From a bacterium (lineage in GTDB: Bacteria > DRYD01), in assembly GCA_039630415.1 (NCBI GenBank), contig JBCNVB010000003.1, positions 32,001-96,000 of the forward strand: DNA of 64,000 nt, in the 5' to 3' direction. Shown piece after piece: positions 38,575 to 48,569 of the stretch (its first letter is position 1; every line of letters begins with the position of its first letter). The translations under genes were made by a program, and so were the position numbers. The notes under the pieces are model-generated. The model saw only the letters and a program-made list of their open reading frames with translations, did not search any database and was not told the DNA's origin.

Positions 38575-41010
38575 ATGCGTGTTAATACTAGAAAAGGAGC
38601 GGCACTAGCAATAACCCTTTTTATCCTCCTAATAGCCAGCATAATGATTAGCATAATAATGCACATATCTAAAAACAATATAAAAATGTTTTCTCAAAGT
38701 GCTCAGGAATCACAATACTCTCAGTACGTAAAGGAAGCACTTGATATAACTGTAAGTCCCTTTGTTATGGGTAATGGAAATCTAGTAACACCTAACATTA
38801 TATTAATAAATCCTCAAGCAGATGAATTTATTTGGTCTTTTAGAAACCAATTTCAAACAATCCAAATGCCTGCACAAGCATTAAATCTATCAATAGCTAT
38901 GGATGCTCAAAATACAAATAACAACTTTAGAAACCTTCATATAAACATATCCAGAAGAGTTTCTCAAAATGATAACCTTTGGGTAGTAAGTAATGTACAC
39001 ATAGAAGCTATCTATTTATCTCAAATACCAGTATTACCAATACCTGAATACCAAATAAATATAAATACGCTAATTATAAGAACAAACCAACAAATACAAC
39101 CTATACAAAATTTTGCCGCTTTTGTACAGCAAACATTTGCTAACAATCCAAACCGTGTAGTTTGGCAAGGTAGAGCAAGAGCAAGAATTATTCAAAGAAC
39201 TCCAATCAACCTCGCTCAAAACGCCGCAGTATACGTAAAATACTCAGGATTATGGGTACCCTTCGGAGCTAATCCATTCTCACAAGGTCTACTAGCACAA
39301 GGAGTAGATAATTGCATAGGAATAACCAACGGATACACAATTATAGGTGATATAGCTACCCCAAGAGCAAATCCAAATGAAAGATTCCAAAATGCTTTCG
39401 GAACACAACCTACTACAGCAAAATCCGGATTTACTACTATATGGCAGGGAACTACACCAAGTACACTTATAAGAGGTGGTGCAACCACAGGGTACGCAAC
39501 CATAGCACCTAACCTAAACACCTTCAATCAGAACAATAATGAATACTCTATAAGGACAGCTAGGTTATCAGTCGTAAATACAAACCAAAACATCTCAAAC
39601 ATACAAGGAAGAATACCTGGTGAATCTAGAATCGGAAATCAAGTAATCGATATAACTAGCATCCCTAATTCTCAATCAATGGTAAGAATAACAATAAACA
39701 CCAACCAAGCTGTTGTGGTAGGTCAATCAATCGATTCTAATGGAAACTTGGGAAGTATTAGAACAAGACCTCAAGGTGGAGGATTAATTGAAGTCCTCTG
39801 GCCTATGGATAATAATGGAAACTTCGTACGAATAAATCCAAACGATCAACAAGATACAAACAGAACCATCTTGAATAGTTACCCACCGGGCTATGCCAAC
39901 GTATATGTAGTACTGGAAGGTAGTAACTTAAAACTTTACGCAGTAGGAAAATATAGTGGACAAAGAGTTCCTGTAAACGAACTTCTACAAAGCATGATTG
40001 TAAGTCAATCTGTCAGATCTAAATTTCAAGTCAATACAACAAATAACGAAATAAACATAAACTTGAGTAATCTAACTGAACAGGAAAGAACAGAGTTATC
40101 TACACTTTATGTGGAAGGAGGAAACATAGTTCTTGCTCCTTCTTCTAGCGGAAACTCAACTCTACACTACGGAAACAATCAAACCCCATTTGACCTAACC
40201 ATAATAGCAGGAAGATTAGGAAATACCGATACTATGGCTAACAGAGGTTTCTATCGGGATGGCAATTCTAACCAACCAATAGACAGAAGAATAGGAGGAT
40301 GGGAATTACCAGCTAATCAACAAAGTTTTGCTCCAACAAACTTCACACTAAACTTAAATCAAAATTCTCCAAACTCTGTAAGGTATATTTTACCTTCTCA
40401 AGACGCTAATACCTACGATAGAAGAAGACAAGTAGTAAGAGCTTTAGAAGGAAACGTTATAATCCAGGATTTCGCAGATACTAATAACAATGGAAGAAGA
40501 GATCCAAATGAAAGAGTAGGTTATATAGGATTTAACATGAACTCAAATAATAACGCAGATATAGCCTCTAGAAAAGGAGGAGCAAAAATTACTATTATTA
40601 GCCATAACTTCGTTATACTAAACTACCAATCAAGGTTGAACCGTAGAGATAGAGCTGGTTTAGCAGCTGATATAATAACCTACCGCGGAAGCCTGCAAAT
40701 TATAGACGAAGATTCCTACAGATTCCTCCTAGATACAGGAAGATTTAGAAATCAGGAAGCTAATAACTTCCTTAATCTAATAATTACTGACAGTAACCTA
40801 TATTGGTATGGAAAATATATATCAAATTTTGCAAATATAGAAGGAGTTATGCTTAAAAACGGTACAATCAGAGGATTTGGTAATGTCACTATTGAAGGTA
40901 GTGGTACTAACCATAGACTACCCAGAACTACAAGATCAGACTTTGTAATAATTATCCAAGGAAGACCAGTAGTACTTTATGACATACTATCTTTTAACTT
41001 AAATAGATAA
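38575..41010 (+). CDS. Large PilX/GspK-like tip pilin (811 aa)
   Basis: RKG|AALAITLFILL lacking Glu+5, typical of PilX/GspK; AGGAGGT RBS; third gene of the trio. Confidence 0.72.
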   Translation: MRVNTRKGAALAITLFILLIASIMISIIMHISKNNIKMFSQSAQESQYSQYVKEALDITVSPFVMGNGNLVTPNIILINPQADEFIWSFRNQFQTIQMPAQALNLSIAMDAQNTNNNFRNLHINISRRVSQNDNLWVVSNVHIEAIYLSQIPVLPIPEYQININTLIIRTNQQIQPIQNFAAFVQQTFANNPNRVVWQGRARARIIQRTPINLAQNAAVYVKYSGLWVPFGANPFSQGLLAQGVDNCIGITNGYTIIGDIATPRANPNERFQNAFGTQPTTAKSGFTTIWQGTTPSTLIRGGATTGYATIAPNLNTFNQNNNEYSIRTARLSVVNTNQNISNIQGRIPGESRIGNQVIDITSIPNSQSMVRITINTNQAVVVGQSIDSNGNLGSIRTRPQGGGLIEVLWPMDNNGNFVRINPNDQQDTNRTILNSYPPGYANVYVVLEGSNLKLYAVGKYSGQRVPVNELLQSMIVSQSVRSKFQVNTTNNEININLSNLTEQERTELSTLYVEGGNIVLAPSSSGNSTLHYGNNQTPFDLTIIAGRLGNTDTMANRGFYRDGNSNQPIDRRIGGWELPANQQSFAPTNFTLNLNQNSPNSVRYILPSQDANTYDRRRQVVRALEGNVIIQDFADTNNNGRRDPNERVGYIGFNMNSNNNADIASRKGGAKITIISHNFVILNYQSRLNRRDRAGLAADIITYRGSLQIIDEDSYRFLLDTGRFRNQEANNFLNLIITDSNLYWYGKYISNFANIEGVMLKNGTIRGFGNVTIEGSGTNHRLPRTTRSDFVIIIQGRPVVLYDILSFNLNR

Positions 41011-41733
41011 TTTATTAACTATCATATTTACAAACCAATCAATTACTAACTGCTGGGAATCTATCAATTCTCTTTGTTCTGGATGATACTGAACAGCAAA
41101 AATAGGAAGATATTCATGTTGTACAACTTCTACAATACCGTCTTTGCTTATAGCCAGTACGTTTAAATTTTTGCCAATCTTTGCTATGGCTTGATGGTGT
41201 CTACTGTTTACTTCCATAGTAATCAATGAATCTAACTTCAATTTTATTAAATGCCTAAGATACCTGACTTTATCACTGTCCTTTATAAGTGAATAACTAC
41301 GATGAGCTTCTTCTATAACTACATCGGATATGTCATATGGTATATGCTGAAATAAGTTACCTCCAAAAAATACATTAATTATCTGTATACCTCTGCATAT
41401 ACCGAAAAAACACTTACTTTGGTGATATTTGTGTAAAATTTCTAATTCAATCTCATCCCTTTGTTTATTAAAACTGTATAGTTCATTGTTATATTTGACA
41501 AAGCTGTTATAATAGCTTGGATGTACATCTTCTCCTCCGGTAAGAATTATTATGTCTGAACTTGCTAGGGTTTTTGTAGCTGTTCTATTTATATCCACTA
41601 TTTCAAATTCATAGTTTTTACAAGTTTTCTCGTTTATCTTAGATTGTATTATTGAAGCAAAATCTATGTATTCGTTATATAGACGGGGATTAGTTTTATT
41701 TATGTTATTTTTAATAAATAGAGCTACTTTCAT
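40999..41733 (-). CDS. Class I glutamine amidotransferase-like, peptidase C26 (PuuD-like gamma-glutamyl hydrolase)
   Basis: LTGGEDVHP..Y, RD.IE, GICRGIQ, VNSRHHQAI, VQYHPE. Confidence 0.9.
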   Translation of the reverse strand: MKVALFIKNNINKTNPRLYNEYIDFASIIQSKINEKTCKNYEFEIVDINRTATKTLASSDIIILTGGEDVHPSYYNSFVKYNNELYSFNKQRDEIELEILHKYHQSKCFFGICRGIQIINVFFGGNLFQHIPYDISDVVIEEAHRSYSLIKDSDKVRYLRHLIKLKLDSLITMEVNSRHHQAIAKIGKNLNVLAISKDGIVEVVQHEYLPIFAVQYHPEQRELIDSQQLVIDWFVNMIVNKLSI

Positions 41734-42148
41734 GTGAGTTGACTATCCTTACCTCATATTCTATTTGTGTTGACTTTTTAAGCATATTACTAACAGAACA
41801 ATACTTTTGCTGGGATAATTCTACTGCTTTATGTATATTTTCATAATTTAGCTCTTTACCTTTGAATTCGTAGATAAGTTTTATTTTGGTGAATATTTTT
41901 GGGTGTTCATTTGCTCTTTCTCCCTCAAAATAAATTTTGAATCCTTCTACCGGTTGTCTCATTTTTTTTAGGATTGATATTACATCCATAGCTGTACATC
42001 CCATTAGTGATATTGCTAATAATTCCATAGGGGAGGGTGCGGATTCAAACCCACCTACTTCCTTTTTTGTATCTAAAACTATTGCATGATTAGATTCTGA
42101 TATGCCTATAAATCTCAAACCTTCTATCCATATAAGTTCTGACTTCAT
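41711..42148 (-). CDS. OsmC/YhfA family protein
   Basis: PSPMELL..L.GCT.MDV..IL.K, LSQQKYCSV. Confidence 0.92.
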   Translation of the reverse strand: MKSELIWIEGLRFIGISESNHAIVLDTKKEVGGFESAPSPMELLAISLMGCTAMDVISILKKMRQPVEGFKIYFEGERANEHPKIFTKIKLIYEFKGKELNYENIHKAVELSQQKYCSVSNMLKKSTQIEYEVRIVNSHESSSIY

Positions 42149-42158
42149 ACTATACCTC

Positions 42159-43367
42159 CTAATCCACTACTAGAATTGATTCCTTAGTTTTGAAGCAGCT
42201 TGCTAGGTTGTTAACATCTTGTAGTGTTGTATTTTTAATTATTTCTACATGCTTATAAATGTAGTTGTCATCAATATCGTAGGATTTTATCTTTCCTAAT
42301 AGGGCACTTCTGAAACTTCTTTTCTGCATAGCTGACGAAAACAAAGATATAACATAATTTTTTGCTACTTCTATTTCATCTTCTCTAAACCCTTCTATAG
42401 TTATTCTGTTTATCTCTTCTTTGAGAGCTTGTATCGCTAATTTTTTCTTTTCTTTTGATGTTAACATCATTATTTTTATGCTCCCTTTTCCTATGGGAAT
42501 GGGTTCGTATGAAGAACCTACTGCATACGCTAACTCTTTCTTTTCCCTTATATTTACAAACAATCTTCCAGACATTGAGTTTAAAATAGCATTGAGAATT
42601 TTAAATCTTATAGAATTTTCTGATAATATTGGAGCCTCATATACTAAACATATTCCCACTTCTTTTTTTCCCAATTTTTCTCTTTTTCTTACTCTTATGA
42701 TATCAAAATTGTTCATCTGCTCCTTATACAGATTTTTATCGTTTAGTAATCTAATAAAATTTTTATAGACCAAGTTTATCATATCTTTGGTTACATAACC
42801 GCTTATAATCATTATTTTTTTTACTTTTTTGTCTAAAACTTTATTTTCATACCACTTAAATAAGTCTTTTCTTGATATGTTTTTTAATGTTTTGAAGTTT
42901 CCTCTCACATCCCAGCTAAGGAAAGAATTATAAAAAACTTTATCTGATTTCTCATAAAGGTAGGTCCATATATCATCTCTAGATAACTTTATAGAATTTA
43001 CTAGGTCTCTTTTAGCTTCTAATATATCATTTTTTCTAAAACCATAGTTGTATACTACTTCTTTGAGAATTTGTATAGCAGGTTTATAGTTATATGAAGG
43101 GAAGGAAATGGAAATAGAACTACTAAAGTTACCACCTGAAGAACTTATTGAAACTGAATTTTTTTCTAAATAGTATTGAAAAGCTTCATATGACATAGAT
43201 TTTGTTGATCGGGTCAAAACTCTAAAACATAGGTTGTTTATTCCCAAATTTGACGGATTTTCTGCATAGTTACCTATCAAAAATACTAATGACAAATAGG
43301 TTATTGGAATGGAGTTATCTGGAATAACAAATATCTTGTTTTCTATATCTTGATACTTTATTTCCAT
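42159..43367 (-). CDS. M16 peptidase family protein, non-catalytic subunit
   Basis: M16 pattern (G...E...GI, SGRLF.NIREK..LAYAV) without the HxxEH zinc motif. Confidence 0.8.
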   Translation of the reverse strand: MEIKYQDIENKIFVIPDNSIPITYLSLVFLIGNYAENPSNLGINNLCFRVLTRSTKSMSYEAFQYYLEKNSVSISSSGGNFSSSISISFPSYNYKPAIQILKEVVYNYGFRKNDILEAKRDLVNSIKLSRDDIWTYLYEKSDKVFYNSFLSWDVRGNFKTLKNISRKDLFKWYENKVLDKKVKKIMIISGYVTKDMINLVYKNFIRLLNDKNLYKEQMNNFDIIRVRKREKLGKKEVGICLVYEAPILSENSIRFKILNAILNSMSGRLFVNIREKKELAYAVGSSYEPIPIGKGSIKIMMLTSKEKKKLAIQALKEEINRITIEGFREDEIEVAKNYVISLFSSAMQKRSFRSALLGKIKSYDIDDNYIYKHVEIIKNTTLQDVNNLASCFKTKESILVVD

Positions 43368-44245
43368 ATTTCTACTTCCTCTTCCAAAAGTATGTTTTGA
43401 TTTCTTGAATGATTTTTAATTCTCTGAATAATTTCATAGACATGACTGAACTTTGCATTTCCGAGATTTATTATGAAGTTACAGTGTTTTTCTGATACTT
43501 TAGCTTGTCCAATTCTGAAACCTCTATATCCTAAGCTGTCTATTATTTGCCAAGCAGCTAAATTTGGTAAGTTTTTGAATACACTACCACAGGACTTGAA
43601 ACTCAGTGGTTGAGTCTGTTGCCTTTTTTCCCAAACCTCTTTGTACTTTCTATATAAACTTTCGGGATTAATCAGATTATGTAAGGGAAACTCAAATACT
43701 AGTTCTATTATGTCCATTGGATTTCCATTTAAAGTTTCTTCTTTAAACAGGGAGTTCCTGTAGCAAAAGAAGGAAGAATCTACATACATGTTTACTATTT
43801 CTCCCGTTTTCCTTTTATAAACTGTTACTTTCCTTAAGTATTTAGATATCTCTACATTTTTTGTTCCTGCATTATTAAAAACTGCTCCTCCAACCGTAGC
43901 GGGTATAGCAGCTAACTCCTCGTAACCAGAAATACCTTTCCAAATTAGGGTCTTTATAAAAAACTGTAGCTCTGTAAAAGGAGTTACAAAAACAATAAAT
44001 TTTCCATCTTCCTTGTAAATCTTAACATCTCTATACTTACCTGTAACTACGAAAAAATCCAATTTTTCATCACTGATTAATAAATTGCTTCCTTTCCCTA
44101 TGATTCTGTAAGGTGCCTTTGTGGATAGTTCAAGCAGGGTTGATATATACTCTTCCTGGCTTCGAGTGCAAATAACTCCTAAGCAATATCCACCTATTTG
44201 ATAGGTGGTTAGTTTTGAAAGAGGTATGTTTTGTATATTTTGCAC
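43358..44245 (-). CDS. murB: UDP-N-acetylenolpyruvoylglucosamine reductase
   Basis: TTYQIGG, GKGSNLL, IPATVGGAV.NNAG, YRNS, QP...SCGSVFKN, SEKHCNFIIN. Confidence 0.94.
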   Translation of the reverse strand: MQNIQNIPLSKLTTYQIGGYCLGVICTRSQEEYISTLLELSTKAPYRIIGKGSNLLISDEKLDFFVVTGKYRDVKIYKEDGKFIVFVTPFTELQFFIKTLIWKGISGYEELAAIPATVGGAVFNNAGTKNVEISKYLRKVTVYKRKTGEIVNMYVDSSFFCYRNSLFKEETLNGNPMDIIELVFEFPLHNLINPESLYRKYKEVWEKRQQTQPLSFKSCGSVFKNLPNLAAWQIIDSLGYRGFRIGQAKVSEKHCNFIINLGNAKFSHVYEIIQRIKNHSRNQNILLEEEVEIWK

Positions 44246-44249
44246 TGTT

Positions 44250-44744
44250 TTATAGTTTAGATTTTTGCTTTTTTACTTTTCTAAACTTCTTTTTTAGAGG
44301 TGGTAGTTTTACGAACTTGGAGTTAGTTTTCTTGATTTTTGACAAAGCTCTAGAAGTTATTTTGTGAGCATGTATTTCTAGAGTTTTATTGAGCTCTCCA
44401 TTACCCAATATTTTAATTTCTTTTTTTAGATCCGGTATTAAATTATTTTCCAATAGAGTTTGTGGATTGACCACCGAGTTTTGAGGAAATATGTTTAGAT
44501 CTTTGAGTTTAACTATATGATACTCTTTTCTGAATATGTTAGTAAATCCTTTAGATGGTATTCTAAGATAGAGAGGGTTTTGTCCGCCTTCGAACCAAGG
44601 TGGTTTCGCTCCACCACTTCTGGCTTTTTGACCCTTGGTTCCTCTTGTTGACGTTACACCATGTCCACTACCTAAGCCTCTGCCTACTCTTTTTCTTTTA
44701 TGTTTGCTTCTAGGAAAAGGTTTAAGATTGTTTACCTTTATCAT
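44250..44744 (-). CDS. rplO: 50S ribosomal protein L15
   Basis: RVGRGLGSGHG, RGTKGQKARSG, FEGGQ.PL..R.P, KILGNG; ATG 44744 preferred over GTG 44753. Confidence 0.96.
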   Translation of the reverse strand: MIKVNNLKPFPRSKHKRKRVGRGLGSGHGVTSTRGTKGQKARSGGAKPPWFEGGQNPLYLRIPSKGFTNIFRKEYHIVKLKDLNIFPQNSVVNPQTLLENNLIPDLKKEIKILGNGELNKTLEIHAHKITSRALSKIKKTNSKFVKLPPLKKKFRKVKKQKSKL

Positions 44745-45456
44745 TCTTATCACCTACTTTTCTGAATGGTTTGGTAGGTTTTTGAAAGGATTTTTTTTCT
44801 GGTTTTCTTTCTTGCCTTTGTTCTTCTTTTCTTGCTTCTCTAGGAAATTCTCTATATGCAAAAGGTTTTTCTTGAGATTTTTCTTGAGATTTTTCTTGGA
44901 GTTTTTCTTTTTCTTGTACTTTCTCTAAGGGTTTTTCTGGTTTCTTGTGTAGGTATTTTTCGTACTCGTCTTCTGTATAAGTGGTGTGTAGGATTTTGAA
45001 ATATTCTTCCCTTGTTTTAAGTTTTTTCAGTGCATCAATGGTAGCCCATACCAAATTTATGTGGTTATTGCTACCTAGAGACTTGGTTAGTACATTTTTA
45101 TAACCTGCTTTTTCTAGAATACTTCTTACCGGCATTGAAGCTATTATACCTGTTCCTTTACCCGCAGGTTTGAGTAAAACTACTGAGGTAGTATTTTCCC
45201 CTATTACTTCATGGGGAATAGTATCATTGACGATAGGTACTTTAAATATATTTTTTTTAGCTTTATTTTCTGCTTTTCTTATAGCTAATAGAGCTTCCGG
45301 AGCTTTTGCTAAAGCTACACCTACGTTACCTTGACCATCTCCTACTACTACTAAAGCACTAAATCTAAATCTTTTACCTCCTTTCATTACACGCGTAACT
45401 CTTCTAAGGGAAACTAAGACACTCTGGTATTCTGCTGATTCTAGGGACTCCAACAT
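44722..45456 (-). CDS. rpsE: 30S ribosomal protein S5 with long charged C-terminal extension
   Basis: RVTRVMKGGKRFRFSALVVVGD, TIPHEV, LKPA..GTGIIA, KSLGSNN. Confidence 0.97.
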   Translation of the reverse strand: MLESLESAEYQSVLVSLRRVTRVMKGGKRFRFSALVVVGDGQGNVGVALAKAPEALLAIRKAENKAKKNIFKVPIVNDTIPHEVIGENTTSVVLLKPAGKGTGIIASMPVRSILEKAGYKNVLTKSLGSNNHINLVWATIDALKKLKTREEYFKILHTTYTEDEYEKYLHKKPEKPLEKVQEKEKLQEKSQEKSQEKPFAYREFPREARKEEQRQERKPEKKSFQKPTKPFRKVGDKNDKGKQS

Positions 45457-45467
45457 ACCTTTACCTC

Positions 45468-45848
45468 CTATACCTCTATACCTTTTTCTCTTAAAGTGTC
45501 AGCTATTTTCTTTACATTTCCATGATACTTGTATCCACCTCTATCAAATACGAGCTTATTTATATTAAGTTTTTTACATCTTTCTGCTAATCTTGAGGCT
45601 ACTTCTACTACTGCGTCACTATACTTAATTTGCTTATTTTTTAGCTTCTCCCTTATGTCTTTTTCTAGTGAATTGGCATAGGCTAAGGTTATGCCTTTTT
45701 GGTCATCTATAACACTAAGGTATATATTCCTGTTACTTTTGAATATGTTACATCGAGGTCTTGTTTCGGTACCTTTTACCTTTTTTCTTAGTCTTTGATG
45801 TCTAATTTTTCTTCTATAATTTCTACTTACCTTCTTTATCACTTTCAA
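45468..45848 (-). CDS. rplR: 50S ribosomal protein L18
   Basis: RH.RLRKKVKGT..RPR, FKSNRNIY, VFDRGGYKYHG. Confidence 0.97.
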   Translation of the reverse strand: MKVIKKVSRNYRRKIRHQRLRKKVKGTETRPRCNIFKSNRNIYLSVIDDQKGITLAYANSLEKDIREKLKNKQIKYSDAVVEVASRLAERCKKLNINKLVFDRGGYKYHGNVKKIADTLREKGIEV

Positions 45849-45893
45849 TACACCTCTCTTAAAACTAATTACCAGACAGTAAAAGAATTCTAC

Positions 45894-45915
45894 AATTTTA
45901 TTCCTTACCCTTTTA
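45894..45915 (-). promoter_or_regulatory. Candidate promoter motif TAAAAGGGTAAG-N3-TAAAATT upstream of rplR
   Basis: 19 of 22 positions identical to 57799-57820; contains -10-like TAAAAT. Confidence 0.5.
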
Positions 45916-45997
45916 CAGTTCCGAAATAAAAAGAAGGTTGTTGGTTTTGAGGGATAGAATATAGTATATAGGATTTATCTATAGGGAGGATCCGGTT

Positions 45998-46840
45998 ATG
46001 AAGGTTTTTAAGTTTCTTTCTAAAACATTAAAGAAAATAACTCTACTTCTTATCCTGTTAATGTGCATTTGCTTTTCTCAAGAACTCCACATATACATAC
46101 ACAATAAAAAATATAAGGGTCAATACATATACAAGGCTCCTAGAATATATGTTGAAATAGAAGTTTTTGTAAACATGACAGGACTAAAAATGTATAAACA
46201 AGGAAACTATTACGTTATAAGTAAGGATAACATTATACCCCCTCAAACTTTTACCAGCCTTGTATACTACAATAACAAACCACTAAGATATGTTATATTT
46301 GAAAACCAAAAAGTCTTTATAGATTTACTTGAAATATCCTATCTGACCGATAGTATAGTTGAGTTTAATAAAGAAACCGGAATAGTAGATTATTACAGCA
46401 AAACAAAACTAAAACAAACAGCTGAGGAATTATATAAAGCTTCTCAGCAAGTATATCAAACTCAAAAGGAAGTATACGACAAAAAAATACAAGCAGGTGA
46501 AAAAGTACAAGCAGGAGAAAAACCCAAAATCCCAAAAGACGCGATAAAAATAATAGAAGAAATGCCAGCCTATGAAGACAGAAATAACAGAGGTGAACTT
46601 AGATACACAGCAAAAGTAAAAAATACCTACAAAGAAAAAATAGAACAAATAACTGTCAAAATAAAAATAACTAGTCCTGCAGGAGAATTACTACACCAAG
46701 AAGTATTCAAATTCCCTTCCCTTAATCCAGGCCAAACTAAAGAAATATTCTTCTACTGGATAAATAATACAACAATCTCTAACCCAGTAATAAAGCACGA
46801 AATAGATTTCAAAGGAAAAGAAGAGCAGGAAAAAACATGA
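45998..46840 (+). CDS. Hypothetical exported protein with C-terminal Ig-like (FxLYD-like) domain
   Basis: Signal peptide; VKNT..V.I..LNPGQT..F pattern; GGAGG RBS. Confidence 0.65.
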   Translation: MKVFKFLSKTLKKITLLLILLMCICFSQELHIYIHNKKYKGQYIYKAPRIYVEIEVFVNMTGLKMYKQGNYYVISKDNIIPPQTFTSLVYYNNKPLRYVIFENQKVFIDLLEISYLTDSIVEFNKETGIVDYYSKTKLKQTAEELYKASQQVYQTQKEVYDKKIQAGEKVQAGEKPKIPKDAIKIIEEMPAYEDRNNRGELRYTAKVKNTYKEKIEQITVKIKITSPAGELLHQEVFKFPSLNPGQTKEIFFYWINNTTISNPVIKHEIDFKGKEEQEKT

Positions 46841-47439
46841 AAATCCTGGATATAGTTAAGAAAAAAATAAAGAATATAATTAAAAAAAACATAAATTACT
46901 TAACTCCAACCCTTGTATATGAAAGCATCCTTAAAATACCAATCGAAAAACTAAAGAGTATGAAAATAGATACTGTATTAATAGATTTGGACAATACACT
47001 TGTCCCCTGGAATAAAAGAGATGTACCAAAAGAAATCATAGATTACCTGATTAATCTTAAAAAAAATGGGTTCAAAATATGTGTTGTTTCTAACGCTTTA
47101 CCTCTTAGAGTTAAGAAAATAACCCAAGAATTGGATATCCCATACATAGCAATAGCTGCTAAGCCATCAACTAGACCTCTAAGAAAAGCAATAAAACTTC
47201 TCAACTCAAAAATAGAAAATACAGTAATAATCGGAGACCAAATTTTCACAGATATACTAGCAGGAAATAGATTAGGTATAAAAACTATCCTCGTAAGACC
47301 ACTCGCAAATTTTGAACTAATAACCTCTAAGTTTGTAAGACTCCTAGAGTACATAATACTACAATACATCCAAAAAAAACAAATATTATCAACAAAGGAA
47401 GGAAGAAATGAAGAAGGGGATAGTATGGTCATATACTAA
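46837..47439 (+). CDS. YqeG-family HAD IIIA phosphatase
   Basis: IDLDNTLVPW, VSNA, AAKP, IGDQIFTDILAGNRLG. Confidence 0.92.
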   Translation: MKILDIVKKKIKNIIKKNINYLTPTLVYESILKIPIEKLKSMKIDTVLIDLDNTLVPWNKRDVPKEIIDYLINLKKNGFKICVVSNALPLRVKKITQELDIPYIAIAAKPSTRPLRKAIKLLNSKIENTVIIGDQIFTDILAGNRLGIKTILVRPLANFELITSKFVRLLEYIILQYIQKKQILSTKEGRNEEGDSMVIY

Positions 47440-48070
47440 AGGAGAATTCGTCATTTTTGACCATTACTACTTCTCTACTCTGTATAACTACCTAAAAGAA
47501 AACTATAACCTCGAAATACCAACTAGATTCAACGATATCATAAAAATATGTAAACAAAACACCTTTAATACAATCATTTTCAACTATCCAGAAAAAAGTT
47601 TTACCTCAAATCAAATCCAACAACTACTCGAACTATATCGAAATGGAAAAACAATAATATTTCTAACTTACTATAACAACGAAGACAATAGTAGCCAAAT
47701 ATCAAACCAGGTATTATCAAAGGTAGGAATACAAATAAACCATGATGAGATAATTCAAGAAAAAAATATTCACAACAATGATAAGTATCTAATTTTAACG
47801 GGTAGTATTCATAAAAAAATAAAGTACAACGTAAAAAATATACTTATGCCATGTTCTGCAAGTGTATCTATATTGAAAAAGAATTCAAAATATTCTTACA
47901 CAGAACTAGTCAAGGATGGTCAAAACAATAAAGCGATAGCTATAGAAGTGTCAAGTAGGGGTAAAATAATAGCCTTTGGAACATGTGTATTTTGGGATAA
48001 CTTCTCTATATCAATGTACGATAACTTTCAGTTCACCAAAAACCTACTACAGTACTGCACGGAGGTATGA
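47408..48070 (+). CDS. Hypothetical protein (DUF4350/GATase-like fold possible)
   Basis: Overlapping co-oriented ORF; FT..I..L....NG.TIIF, GKIIAFG, DN.QF..NLL pattern. Confidence 0.6.
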   Translation: MKKGIVWSYTKGEFVIFDHYYFSTLYNYLKENYNLEIPTRFNDIIKICKQNTFNTIIFNYPEKSFTSNQIQQLLELYRNGKTIIFLTYYNNEDNSSQISNQVLSKVGIQINHDEIIQEKNIHNNDKYLILTGSIHKKIKYNVKNILMPCSASVSILKKNSKYSYTELVKDGQNNKAIAIEVSSRGKIIAFGTCVFWDNFSISMYDNFQFTKNLLQYCTEV

Positions 48071-48074
48071 AAAT

Positions 48075-48569
48075 ATGGAAAACCTATATAGACTACTAGA
48101 TAAGTTAGAAGCAAATATGCGAAAAAACAAAATATTTGGAATGTCTATAATAAAGCACAAAGAAAACCTAACGATAATAAATAAAATAAGGCAAATATTA
48201 ATGGAAAGCTATACACCTTCCGAAGAATTGATAAAGCTAAGAAAAGAACTAGAAATCAAAGAAAGAGAATTAAATAACCTAAAAAACAACTTAATAGAAA
48301 ATGAGGAAATAGTAAAAATGGCATATGTAAGAGCTCAGGAAATAGAAAAACAAGCAAAAGAAGAAGCTCAAGAGTTAATAACTGGTGCGGAAAAATACGC
48401 ATTCAAAATTCTAGATCATTTCGAAGAAGAACTAAAAAGATTAATAACTACTGTACAAAATAGCAAAAAAAATCTTGAATCCGAAATAAATCTAGAAACA
48501 AACAAAGTAGGAGTAAAGAAAGTGGAAAATAATAAAGAAATTAAAAAAGTAAATATAAGGGTAACCTAA
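48075..48569 (+). CDS. Coiled-coil protein, DivIVA-like/ATPase subunit H-like
   Basis: GGAGGT RBS before ATG 48075; EEIVK.A..RAQEI...A..EA....GA..YA..IL pattern. Confidence 0.7.
   Translation: MENLYRLLDKLEANMRKNKIFGMSIIKHKENLTIINKIRQILMESYTPSEELIKLRKELEIKERELNNLKNNLIENEEIVKMAYVRAQEIEKQAKEEAQELITGAEKYAFKILDHFEEELKRLITTVQNSKKNLESEINLETNKVGVKKVENNKEIKKVNIRVT

Noticed and set aside
42159-43367. M16 protein lacking HxxEH as a pseudogene
   Set aside because: Full-length intact frame; non-catalytic M16B subunits are common.
44635-44928. Phe-rich plus-strand ORF; possible hidden rpmD
   Set aside because: Antisense of the Lys/Glu-rich S5 tail; no L30 similarity recognised.
47976-48074. N-terminal extension of the coiled-coil ORF
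   Set aside because: Overlaps the upstream gene; a GGAGGT RBS supports ATG 48075.
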